Below, one piece after another: positions 1 through 11,690 of a stretch of 64,000 bases of DNA. Made by a program: the position numbers and the translations under genes. Positions within the stretch are counted from its first letter, which is position 1, and each line of letters opens with the position of its first letter. This stretch comes from Podarcis cretensis. Its lineage: Eukaryota. The notes beneath the pieces are model-generated. The model saw only the letters and a list, made by a program, of their open reading frames with translations. It was not told the origin of the DNA and searched no databases. The stretch lies in the NCBI GenBank assembly GCA_951804945.1, contig OX638155.1, forward strand, positions 13,578,001 to 13,642,000. The letters run 5' to 3'.

Positions 1-2646
1 AGTACTTTCTCTTTTAAGGCTGTTTATAAACCAGATTATCATATAACTCATTGAAATAAGGACCAAATGGTATGCGTTTGTTGACATTGATTCTGAAACA
101 GTTCAGTCATTTCCCTTTCCCCTAGTCATGTCCTTCTTAGTGAGGCTCACCTGATGCCAACAAATACATTTTTACATGCCTGGGTTGGTTGGTTGGTTTT
201 TAAAGAAAGCAAATCCTTGCATTCTAAGGCATTTCCAGTCATCTTTAGTACCCAGCTGCCTACCCCCAGGTTGAGCAATCCTTCTCTGACATCAGAGCAG
301 CTAAGCTAACAACAGCCAGAATGCCTATGATGTTCTGCTTGTTCTGGCCCTCTGTGACATTAGAGCAGATAATGATACCAAGAGAGAAGTCAGTAAAAAG
401 GCTGCAGGAATGAAGAAGCCAGTGGAGAAGAGGAAGAGGTACTTTCAAAACTTGTAGGAAGAGTGTAAAGGTGCTAGAACACGCCTTCTATAATGTGTTC
501 TTCTGAACTACCATGCACTATGATCTCTCTATAGGAAATGAACCTTGACGACACTACAGTCCATGGACTTTGCTGTATGCTAAACATGTGAACATTTGTA
601 GGAGTTTGGAGGCTTGCTTCTGCTAAGAAGTTTCATGACTATGTAAAAGAACTGTGAACGGGCTTCCTTACAAGCAAAATGGGTGACCAGGTCTGGTCTA
701 AAGCAGTTATCAGTACAAAGGAATAATTACCAAATCTAAGAGACCAGTTCATAAATGGATCTATTTTACAGCTGAGGAGGGGGATGAGAAAAGTTCTGCA
801 GATACCAGGAAAATAAAAAGTCTAATGATGACCCTAGAGAACAGTGGGCCATCATTTTGCTGAAACGAATTGCAAAAAGACTATAATAAGGATAAGTTTG
901 CTAGTGTATGTAGCCAATTAATCACCTTTTAAACTGGCTGTACACTTTTCTCTCTCTAGCCGATAGTGAATTTAATAATATAGGAACAAGCAGTCTGGCA
1001 CTTAAACCAGATCTAACCTGTGATTTAGAGATTGCCTATTTCGAGTTCAATTACCTGAGCTACAGGAACGAAGATTGCTTGATTTCTACTTAAGCTTACC
1101 TTTATTTTCTTCATGATTTAAACTCTTTTTTGTTGTTCAATACTGTATCTGAAGACTAACACTTTACATGCTTCATGTTTGACATCACAAGTTTTTAAAA
1201 GAAAAGTTTGAGGAGAAAAATCAGCTAGTTGTTGCACTCCCTGTCAAGAACAGCTATGGGCTTCCTGGAATAAGCTGGTCACTGTGGAAAACAGGATGTT
1301 TTCTGTCTTGGGACTATTTTGGGATCCCCAGCCAGCAGCATCACTGGAGGCATACAGCCCTAGGTGATTTCAGGCATTACCCAGCAGAGAAGACAGGGAC
1401 ACACATGCTTACCCTCGCCATACTTCTTCACCTTGCCTGAAACTTGGATATGTACATTCATTCCATATATCACAAAGCTATGATTGCTTCAGTCCAGCAC
1501 AGGGATCACACTTTCATTGGAAACTATATCTGTGAATGTTTACCAGTGTTTAAGATGCTGTAGGCAACCCAGCAATCTTTACAACTTAATAGAGGTCAGG
1601 CTTTGGGAATCATATTACTGCTTGCATCAGCCTGGATGCCTTGCAGTAATGCACAATAAGCTGTTGACACAGCTTGCAGATTTATGCACCATGTAGCAGA
1701 GAACCTGTCTTATCGCAACTCATCCGCTATCAAGTGTTTGGATAAGATAAGAGTGCATTTGCATTTTTAATAAGGGTTTGAGTGTCTTGACTCTTTTGCA
1801 GATGCTGAACTGACAAATACAAATTAGTGCTACAAATTTTCACTTCCTCAAGGCTGATGACAAATAACTGCTTGGAGATTATATTCCTGGGGTAAAGCTC
1901 AAGTACCTATGTGACCTAGCTGATATAGGTGACTAATTACGGATTATTAAAAAAAATTATATTACATTGCTGGCATTGGTATTTTGATGTGTTCCGCAGA
2001 CTCTTGTGACTTCAATGCCATAGGCCATACGAGCTTGCAAATACCATTTCTGTTGGGGCAGCTGTAAGCATTTCTTAACCATTATGAACATTTACTATAA
2101 ATGCAAATTAATGTTCTCCATTTCCTTCCACCTTCCTATTTCCAGTAATGCTGTTTCTAATTGTGCCAAAGAGCTGGGGGAAGGGGGAGAGAAAATGTCA
2201 AACAGCCTGCTACAGACTGATCCAAATGTCTAGACAGTTAACATGTGACAGTGGCATTTATAAAGTTGCTCAGCCTGAAATACAGGGCTCTGGTTTTAAA
2301 GAATCTGTTGCTAGTCATCTGATTGTCTTGATGTGCATTTTTATGAGGATTCTGTTTTCTTCCCCTCAGTAACACAGCTGAATTTGTGAAAAGCCAACAG
2401 TAAATAAGACTGCAGGGGAATGTCCATGCTATTGTTGCATGCTACCTCTGACAGGTGAAGAATTCCAGGGGTTCCAGATGCTTACCCAGGGTTTGTGTTT
2501 CCTTTTGGAAATGAGGCACAGTGGAGACTGTGTTGTCCTTAAGATAATTTCTGCAGTAATTGCAGTGATTTCTGTTGTGAACCGCCCAGAGATCTTTAGA
2601 TGAAGAGCATTATAGCAACAACAACAACAGCAACAGATTATTTGTG

Positions 2647-3400
2647 TGTCGAGGTCCTCAAGCCACCCCCCAATAACTCACACATCACACATCAATTTTG
2701 GTTTGGGTTTTTGGCACTATTTTGGCCACAACTTTATTTAAATACATCCAAGTGAGTGGTTGCTTAGGCATTGGTTCCGACTATCTGTCCTTGCCCAGGG
2801 GACAGGACTGACTTCCAGATTCCAGCGGAAGCCAGTCAGGGAAACAATTTTTGGGGAGAAAATGAAGCTGGGCCTCAGTCCCTCACTTCTCACCCTCATG
2901 CTCCTGGTGGCTTGCACGGCCCAAGTCCGATGCCAGGGACAAGGACGAAAAGAATGGCAAGCCCCTGGATTCCTTTAACGGAATTCCCTTTCCGCACCCC
3001 CATTGGAGGGGTAGGCACTTACCCCTCCACCAACCAATTTGAACCAATGCCTAACCGACAACCTTACAAGTTGTGATGATTTGCTACGCAGTAGGCAAAA
3101 CCAAATGGCACCAGCCAATCAGCCAAATGGACAAATTCCTACCAGGCCCCTGCCTCAAAGCAGATGACCCCATGACAGGCATAGCAAGGTCAAGCGAACA
3201 ACCCCCCCCCCCAATACAGGGAGGGTGGGCGGGTGATCCGGTGCAAGCAACACGCGCTCTCTGCTAGGGAGAACACGTTTTACACATATATACAACCTGA
3301 TCCTACAATGGAGAGGTTCACAGCATCAACACGCAAAAGGGTATTCTCCCATAGCTATAGGCATAGCACATCACCACAAAATCAACTCTTTACTTTAAAC
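2647..3400 (-). mobile_element. Structured non-autonomous element, tentatively DIRS/Ngaro-like or LTR-like; related to the element at 60330-61760
   Basis: GC-richer block. The minus strand carries GGAATTTG...GGTTTTGCCTACTGCGTAGC...TAAAGGAATCCAG...AATAAAGTTGTGGCC, in the same order as the 60.3-61.8 kb element. Boundaries are approximate. Confidence 0.5.
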
Positions 3401-4702
3401 TCTGGCTTTATCTGTTGCGGGAGGGGGCCTCACACATTTGCTGTCTCACCCCCAAACCCCTTAATCCCCCTTAATGGCTCATCGCCCAGGTTTATCACCT
3501 CACCTGCTCCAGTGTCAGCTTTACTGTCATCTAAAAGGAACTAGCATGTTGACTGATCTCTCCCAGAAGTGTTGAATTATCTGCCCCCACAGCTCAACCT
3601 TTTCCTTATCACATGCCTATACTAATACTGTACTGTTAGGATCCCCAATAGCAAGCAATAGTGCACAAAATGTTTGGTTTTCTAATAAATAAATAAAAAA
3701 TACTCGAGTGGGGAAATTATCTGAAGCATTTCATACTACTGGGAAAGTTTAGAAATGACTCATTTGAAAAAGCTTTTTCCAAGAAAGAGTTGCCTCCAGC
3801 TTTTCATTTCAGTATCATGAAAGAGCCAGATCAACTGCACACTCTGCATTTCAAAGCAGAATCTTCTACAATTTGAGCATTATGATAAAATGCGGCTGTG
3901 GACACTGATTGCCCATTGGCACACTCAATGTTGCTCATTTTGAGTACAAAAGAAATATTCATTAAAGCTGTTAAAACTGGTGGTTCTCTGTTATTTCTAA
4001 AACTACATAGTTATTTTCACTACTTATAATTTAGTTTCTAGCCTTGGACTGGTCTCCCTCTTGTTTCTAAGGAAAATGAAATGCACATAGTTTCATTTAC
4101 CACTTCACTCATTGGTTGAAAACTAAATTTGCACTGTTCAACTTTTCCTTGCCTTAGTTCTATTACACTTTCCAGGCAACTGGATCCTGATCTGGGGCTC
4201 TGTCCTCAATATCACCCTAAACATTTATATCAATTTCATATAAAGTTAATGGTCATGCCTACCCACTAAGAATCCTAGGAACTGTGTTTTGGTGATGCTG
4301 CTGAGAATTAATGTTGGGATAGATATCCTTCTTTCACAGAACTACACCTCTTAAGAGTCTCCAAATCCTTGGGTAAAGAAAACAACTGTTTTAATTGCTT
4401 GAAGGCTGTAGGATATATCCAGCAAGTCTCCTTCAATATTGGTTGTGTTGAGCTGTCCTGTTTCAGATTCCTGGCAACAAATACCCACCCCTTCCTTCTT
4501 AAGAGCAGAGGGTTCAATCCTGCTGGGTGATGATTCACCATTACATTCCCTGTGCGGAATGCACTGGCAAAGGATACCCCTGTCTGCCATGTGGGTCTCC
4601 CTTGACAGGTGGGTGGACTCTACCCCCACACCTCTTAAAGCTGGATGGAGGGAGATAAAGACCTGCTTGGTCAAAAAAGTTTCCCATCCTTGCTGTAGGT
4701 TA

Positions 4703-4928
4703 CAGTGGTACCTCAGGTTAAGTACTAAATTCGTTCCAGAGGTCCGTACTTAACCTGAAACTGTTCTTAACCTGAAGCACCACTTTAGCTAATGGGGCCT
4801 CCTGCTGCTGCCGTGCCGCCGGAGCACAATTTCTGTTCTCATCCTGAAGCAAAGTTCTTAACCTGAAGCAATATTTCTGGGTTAGCGGAGTCTGTAACCT
4901 GAAGCGTATGTAACCCGAGGTACCAATG
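4703..4928 (+). mobile_element. Tc1/mariner-pogo (Tigger-like) MITE, 226 bp
   Basis: TIRs CAGTGGTACCTC...GAGGTACCAATG with TA at both flanks (4701-4702, 4929-4930). Internal repeats of TAACCTGAA. A second copy lies at 46488-46713 in the opposite orientation. Confidence 0.9.
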
Positions 4929-5894
4929 TACTTTCCTTCTGTCCTGTTTCATCCTTACTTAGTTCTGAGGTAAATCACAGCTTTGTACAATTGGCAGTTG
5001 TAGCTACTCCTTGCGTAATAGCATGCACCTAACAACAGTGCACACAAATTGAGATGCCACCAGGACAAACTATTTGTTTGTGCTAGTCAGTGTACTTGGG
5101 CTCTTAAGAGAAGTTTCTGGTGCACTGTAGAATGCTTAGATTTTGAACTTTCCATTGGGTGTCACCTTGCAGTAAATGAAGTCCGGAAAAATGTTTTATG
5201 CACTGCTTGCTTCAGCTGTTGTTATAGAGCCACTCTTATATTCTGATCCATCATATCCCTGAGTAAATTGAGTAAGACCAACTGCTCCTCCCTGCCACTT
5301 GGCAAACAATGCATTTTGTTCAGAGTGTATACTTGGTTGGTATAATTTTTTTTCATGAACTACTCTATCTTTCATACTATTCTGCAGCAGCTTTGTCATC
5401 AGGGATTTGCAGCACTTCATTTTTGTCCGCTGGGTTTCACATCGTTAACCTTGCAGTGTCACTTGTATTACACATGGGAAATGAATGTGCTAAAATTTGA
5501 AGGAGGAATAATATTGTTTCTTTTCTTAAGAATACGTATCACAAAAACACAGAAACTGATTCCCCCCCCCCCCCACTCTCAGTCTAATACTTGCCTAATG
5601 CATTTAGAGCACTGTGGCTCAAGGCTAAATTTAAAATAATGAACTAGATAGAGCTCTAGCCTGAACCAACAAGGCAATTTGTGTGTTCCTTATGTGCCAT
5701 GGGAAGCTTAGAGGACACACCAGCCAGGAAGCAAATTCGAGAACTTCATGCTCTTAAATAACAAAACAGCTCTAGGAAACTCCTGAATCCACTCAGATAC
5801 AACTAAGTTAAATGCCGCTTAGTGTCAAAACCAAGTAGAGTGCCACTCAGTGACAAAGTCCAGGGTTTCCTAGTGATGAACTGAGGGTGGTCAC

Positions 5895-6010
5895 TACCAG
5901 GCCTTTCTCACAGTGGCCACCCCCTTATGGAAAAGTCTTTGCCTGGAGTCTCACCTGGTGCCATCTTTGTAGGAGTTTTGAAACCAGCTTAAACGGAGTC
6001 TTCCCCTCAA
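5895..6010 (+). mobile_element. Old L2 LINE 3' fragment
   Basis: Degenerate GGCCTTTCTCACAGTGGCCACCCCCTTATGGAA resembles the L2 ORF2 C-terminal 'RAFSVxAPxLWN' coding segment seen in younger copies in this window. Confidence 0.5.
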
Positions 6011-7113
6011 TTTAATGTTTTACTTTGTATTCCATTTTTTGTGTGTACATTTACTACAAATAGTCTGGAGAACGTCAGCTTATGGGGCAGCACAAAAGCA
6101 CTACAAATAAGTAAAATCAACTATGACACTGTCAACACATACAAAAACAGCTATCAGAGGGGATAAGTAATTGCACTAAAATGCTAGGAAACATACAGAG
6201 GAGTTTCACAAACGGAGGCAATAAGGCTGTATTTCCTTTCATGTGATAACATAAAATAAATAGCAAATATCTTGCAGCAATAAAATAAATATAAAATAAA
6301 ATAAATAGCAAAAATCTTGCAGCAATATTATTTAGGAAGGCACACATGCAAATTAGTCTTGTAAAAATTACTTATATTCTCAAAGAGCAGCTTTGCAAAG
6401 TGATGACATCTTTTTTTTAAAAAGCAAACAAACGAACACAAAAGCATGTATCTCTACAAATTAATTTATTAAGTTTTAAAAAAGAATATGATTCCCCACA
6501 AAAAATCTCTTCAATTTTTAAAAAGATATTGGGCACATCTACTGTTCATGCATCTTCTTCTAGAACATTATACTCATCTCGATCTGGTTCTGGGACAGTT
6601 TGATACATTACCCACAATTGCTCTGGCACAGAAATTAGTGGTGATAGTTTGCAAAGAATAAGATTCTCTCCTCCTCTCCCAGCTTTCATGAAACTTGTAA
6701 CAGACGATGCACACAAAGAATGAATGTAATGGCGCAAGTATAGATCTCTGTCAAGCTGGAAAGTAGTTCCAAATGCAACTCATTTAGTTTTTGTTTTTTA
6801 AAAAAACTGTTTTGTAGCTAAACAGCAGTGCCTTTGTGAAGAATGCTGGCAAAGTATATTAAAAGCAAGACAGGTACCTCTCCTATAATGAAAACATGCC
6901 TTGCTTTATTATGCAACCACCTTGGATGTTGAATTGAGCTTAATTAAGGAGAAGATTGACCCCCCCCCCCAAGCATGTAGTTAATGGCATCATCTAGAGA
7001 CTGGACCTCTTGTTGAGAGGATCAAAGGCAGAAATGATAGAATACCATATATTTTAAGACACACATATATATCCAGCACTCAGATTTAACTGAGGGTTGT
7101 TCAGACCAACTAG

Positions 7114-7244
7114 CAATGTCATTTCCCACCTTGTAGGGTTCCAGCTGGACTACAACTCCCATCACCCCTAGCTAGCAAGGCCAGAGCTCAGGGATGATGG
7201 GAGTTGTAGTCCAACATCTGGGACCCACAGGTTGAGAACCGCTG
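7114..7244. mobile_element. Palindromic hAT (Charlie-type) MITE, degenerate
   Basis: Core GGACTACAACTCCCATCA...TGATGGGAGTTGTAGTCC inverted repeat, shared with other copies in the window. Confidence 0.75.
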
Positions 7245-10200
7245 GATTAGACCATAGAGTAAGCTGTCCTGACAGGCTTAGCCTATGCCATCACTTCCCG
7301 CCTTGAGAGGAAATGGATCACAAAGCCTTTGTTATCTCTCTCTATGTGGATTTCAATATGTCGGGAGCTCTGACCTAGTCATTCCAGCACATGGCTATAA
7401 CCAGCAGAGCAGAATGGAGCCTGAAACTAGCATTTTACTAAACTAATAGTTTAGAAGCTGTTACTTTTTGTAACTAAGCAATGTTTTGACTGTCTATCTT
7501 TTCTGACTGCTGTATGGAAAAGCATGTGACTCTGACCTTTGAAGAGTTTTGTAAATAAACCTTTATGGCTTGCCAAACAAGAGGTCTACCTCTATGCCGG
7601 GGAAGTGGGATAGCTTGGCAAGAGCTTTTAAAAAGGGACAATTGGGGGGCTCACTGGAAGGGCACATTTTAAAGGTTTGACAGCCTATATTTCCATGCTT
7701 TTATTTGCTGCATGTTTTGTGGTGCTAAATCTCTGCTGTGGTTCTCTCACCAAAGACTACTTGCCCCAAACTTGGCTTCCAGGATTCCAGCAAATCCTGC
7801 ATCACCATCTGTGTCACTGAGCAGCATCACAGAATGTGCAAAGCTGTTTTCAAAATGCTCTGTCCACATTGGGATCTGAAGTCACCACTTTTAATAATGA
7901 AATACAAATATTAACGTGTAAAATGAGAATCAGCGGGGGTGGTCAATGTCATGTTAATCTTGTATTTGTATAATTTAAGCAAGATTATCTACTGTCGGAT
8001 TACTTCACAGCTGAACCCAATAAATTTTAAAAATATATACATATATCAGAAAACTAGTTTGTTCCTCGAAATGTAATGTATGCCTGAAAGATTTTGAAGG
8101 TCCAAAGACCCATTTTCTAAGTGATGAAATTAGCTTATTCTTCTAAGCAAGTCAAACTGCATTAATAATTACCACCAACTCTTATTTTACTGCACCAACA
8201 TCTATCAGGTAGATTATTAAATCTATATAAATCATTTAATATAATGAAAATAAAACCACTGTCATAGAAAATTGTTTTGGGATCAATGCCTCCTGCTGGG
8301 AAAATATACTTATGGCTTCACTTCAATCTGTATTTCCCCCTCTTTTACTATAAATACTGTGGATTGGCAGTGTGACATTTAGGTAACAGCTGGAATCTAT
8401 TGCCATAAGATAAACTGAGTATTTCACTGACTTCTCCTAAGCATTTCTAAAACATATATGAAAAGTGCCAGCCAAAGAATGTACTTTACCCTTTTCACGT
8501 TAAAATGTCTGTACAGTAAGAAACAGTTAAAGCACTACTATCTAGTCATCCTAGCTGTACTTCGACTCTCAAAAGCCTTGGGCCATCTACAAGTGCCTTT
8601 GAACCTATTTTGCACCATTTTTTTACACATGGAAATGCTAACTCAGGCTATAAATTAGGTCAGCCATCTTTAAAACCAGTGTGGCTTTAAATGGTTACAG
8701 CAAGCTTGCATAACCTGTGACTCAAGCCATGCTTGGTTCATCATTCAGGGATGGTGGTCCATCATGGTCCATCATGACCTGATTTGCCGTCTCCTTGGAT
8801 GTGGCAAATCAGGGCAGCTTACACAGCAAATGCATTTACCGCATGTCCACCAGCTGTATTTCCTGCAGCAATTGCATTGTGTAGATGACACACATGTGCC
8901 TACAGATACTATTTAGTCATTTATGTTGATACCTCATTGTTCCTCCTCCGGCTAACAACAAATATAAAAATACAGCTGGCATAAAACAAAAACTGAAAAT
9001 GTTATCCACAATATGACACACTGCAGGGAAACAGTGGTACTTAGACTACTAAACTTCACTCCAGCTACATGCCTGAACAAACAAATATGTTTTACATTGT
9101 CTCCTAAATGACAGTAGCATGGGGGATCTCCACTGGGAATTCTGCAACAGAGGCACAGCCTGCATACACCTGTGTACAGCGATCTTTGAGCCCTAATTGG
9201 AACAGCCTTCAGACATATCTACACTGCTGTTTAAAAGACACATGTGCACACATGTCTGCACTTTAAAGACTGGATTCAGCAATCCAGAATGCTAACAGAA
9301 GTCAGTGTAAGGACATCCACTAGTACAATGGGGCATCCCAACTTCTCCTCTCCCCCCACCACTTGCCCTCTGTGCCTCTCCCAAATCAACTCTTCAGGGT
9401 TGGGATAACCCCCAGAACAGCATGAGAGGGGGATTATTGCTTTCAGAATTATGCCAATGCATAATTCTTCCATACACTTGCCTGACAAAGCTTTTGGGCA
9501 GTGCTTCTGGAGGTTATTTCCTAGCATTGTTCTGTCGGTGCTGCTGGTCCCATAGCATAGAGGCTGAGTCTAGCTCCCAAGCAAGAAATTCTCTCTGGTA
9601 ACTGGTCCTACACCTGCTGCTGCTGCTTCTTAGGAGGGCATCAAGTCAGGCTCTTTCAATAAAATAGCTAAATTTACATGAATTATAAACTAGTGACTAC
9701 ACTGTCAACACTGAATATTAAAAATTAAACAGAGATTTGTTTTCAGCTGAGATGGAGGGAAAGCCATTTCCTGGTTTTTACACCTATCTGCCCACCACCC
9801 ATCCTTATGTAAAACCTGAAATATAAAATTCATAAAAAGGAGCACTGAAATCCATTAGCGTTGTGATCTCATAGTGTTTCCTGCTTGGCAATACAGCTTG
9901 TCTGACTTCGGCATTTTGATAATTTTTATTCTTCAACTTTCAGAAAATCTGTATCTTCCAAATTCCTACAAGTAGCAGTTTCAAGTTCCCTCCGCTCCAA
10001 TAGTCAATATTGCTAATGATAAGTTTTGAAAGTGTCCCTCAAACTTCTCTGCTTCCATGCTTAGTTTCCTTTCCAGAAATAAACACAGAAGAGAAATGTC
10101 AAAAAAAGATTAAAAAACGAATAAAAACTATGAAATCTATATTTAGTAACAATTATGTGGTCAATTTGCCAGTGTAAATAATGAATAAAAGTGAGCACTC

Positions 10201-10289
10201 CACCCCATCCACAAACACCTGTTGTTTCGAATGAGTAGACAACAACTAGAAAGAGGGAAGTCAAACCATATATTGAGTCATGGGTGGCT

Positions 10290-10385
10290 TATGAACTCCA
10301 GTTGTTCTTGGACTCTAGCTCCCATCAGCCCTGCCAGCATAGCCAGTGGTCATGGCTGATGGGAGGGCCATACCTTGGTCATCTA
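10290..10385. mobile_element. Degenerate palindromic hAT MITE relic
   Basis: TTGGACTCTAGCTCCCATCAGCC...GGCTGATGGGAG inverted core. Confidence 0.55.
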
Positions 10386-11080
10386 TGCATTCAGTGATCA
10401 TAGTGATCTTCACCTTGTGCATGTGGAAAACTGGATACGAAGTACAGTAGGTCCCTCCAATATAGCTTCCCTCTCCAACTAGCCAGTGCATCACTGCTTT
10501 TCTGAGTATGCAACTTGACTAGGCCATGCATGTCCATCCAAGGCCATCCCTCTGAATTTTCCTTTAGGGTTCCCAGACACACTTGTTACTCCCAAGAAAA
10601 GCAGGAGTGGAAAAATGGAAAGAACCATGCACAGAGGCTAGGGGAATGGTGAGCATTGAAAAGCTGAAGATAAGCTCTTGGAAGGCCATCATTTGCTGGG
10701 CCAATACACCCGATGCAATCAAGCAGTTCACATCTATTCTCCAGAATAGAGATAATATATTTTTAACCATTCAGATCGTATTTGAATTTTAGCTCAGCTT
10801 GTGAAGAAAGTCAGCCACATTCCAAGCTCCAGTTGTTTATGTCTGCTTCCCCCAAAATTTACCTTAGCAGCAACAGTGAAAAAGAGGGGTGTGCACTAAG
10901 GAAAGAGCTGCTTGAGCTGATGTGAAATCTATAAGAAATTAGAACTTTTTTGGGATCTTTGCCCTGATCATTTTCTTTCAAAAAAATCTCAGAAGGTATG
11001 AACCCATTCCAACTTGAGATGGCTCTGAGAATACAAGGCATCTCTCTTTCAGAATGAATGAAAAATTACTGTGTCCTTGT

Positions 11081-11250
11081 TAATAATAATAACAATAATA
11101 TTATTATTATTTATACCCTGCTTATATGGGCTGGGTTTCACCAACTGCTCTGGGCAGCTTCCAGCACATATAAAAGCTATAATAAAACATCAAACATTAA
11201 AAACTTCCCGATAAAGGGCTGCCTTCAGATGTCTTCTAAAAGTTTCTTGC
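11081..11250 (-). mobile_element. L2 LINE 3' tail (young squamate family)
   Basis: (AAT)n/TTATT tail plus TTTATACCC...GGGCTGCCTTCAGATGTCTTCTAAAAG, shared with other copies in the window. Confidence 0.75.
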
Positions 11251-11311
11251 TCACCAATGGAGATGCCATGTGAGAGAGTTACCCAGGGAGGACAGAACTG
11301 GTATGGAGAGA

Positions 11312-11359
<48 letters not shown>

Positions 11360-11690
11360 TTATTATTTATACCCCGCCACTCTTGGCGGCTTCCAAAAAA
11401 TATTGAAATACTGTAATACAGCAAAGATTAAAAGCTTCCCTAAACAGGGCTAACTTCAGATGTCTTCTAAAAGTCTGGTAGTTGTTGTTCTCTTTGACAT
11501 CTGGTGGCAGGGCGTTCCACAGGGCGGGCACCACTACCGAGAAGGCCCTCTGCCTGGTTCCCTGTAACTTGGCTTCTCGTAGTGAGGGAACCACCAGAAG
11601 GCCCTCGGTGCTGGACCTCAGTGTCTGGGTAGAATGATGGTGGTGGAGACGCTCCTTCAGATATACTGAAGGCCGTTTAGGGCTTTAAAG
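11312..11690 (-). mobile_element. L2 LINE 5'-truncated 3' end with (AAT)n tail
   Basis: Minus-strand ORF 11367-11594 reads QGTRQRAFSVVVPALWNALPPDVKE...FRRHLKLALFREAF, typical of the L2 ORF2 C-terminus. Confidence 0.85.

Noticed and set aside
7250-7682. Possible additional LTR (AATAAA near 7554, TGACA end)
   Set aside because: No matching 5' TG end or TSD could be identified.
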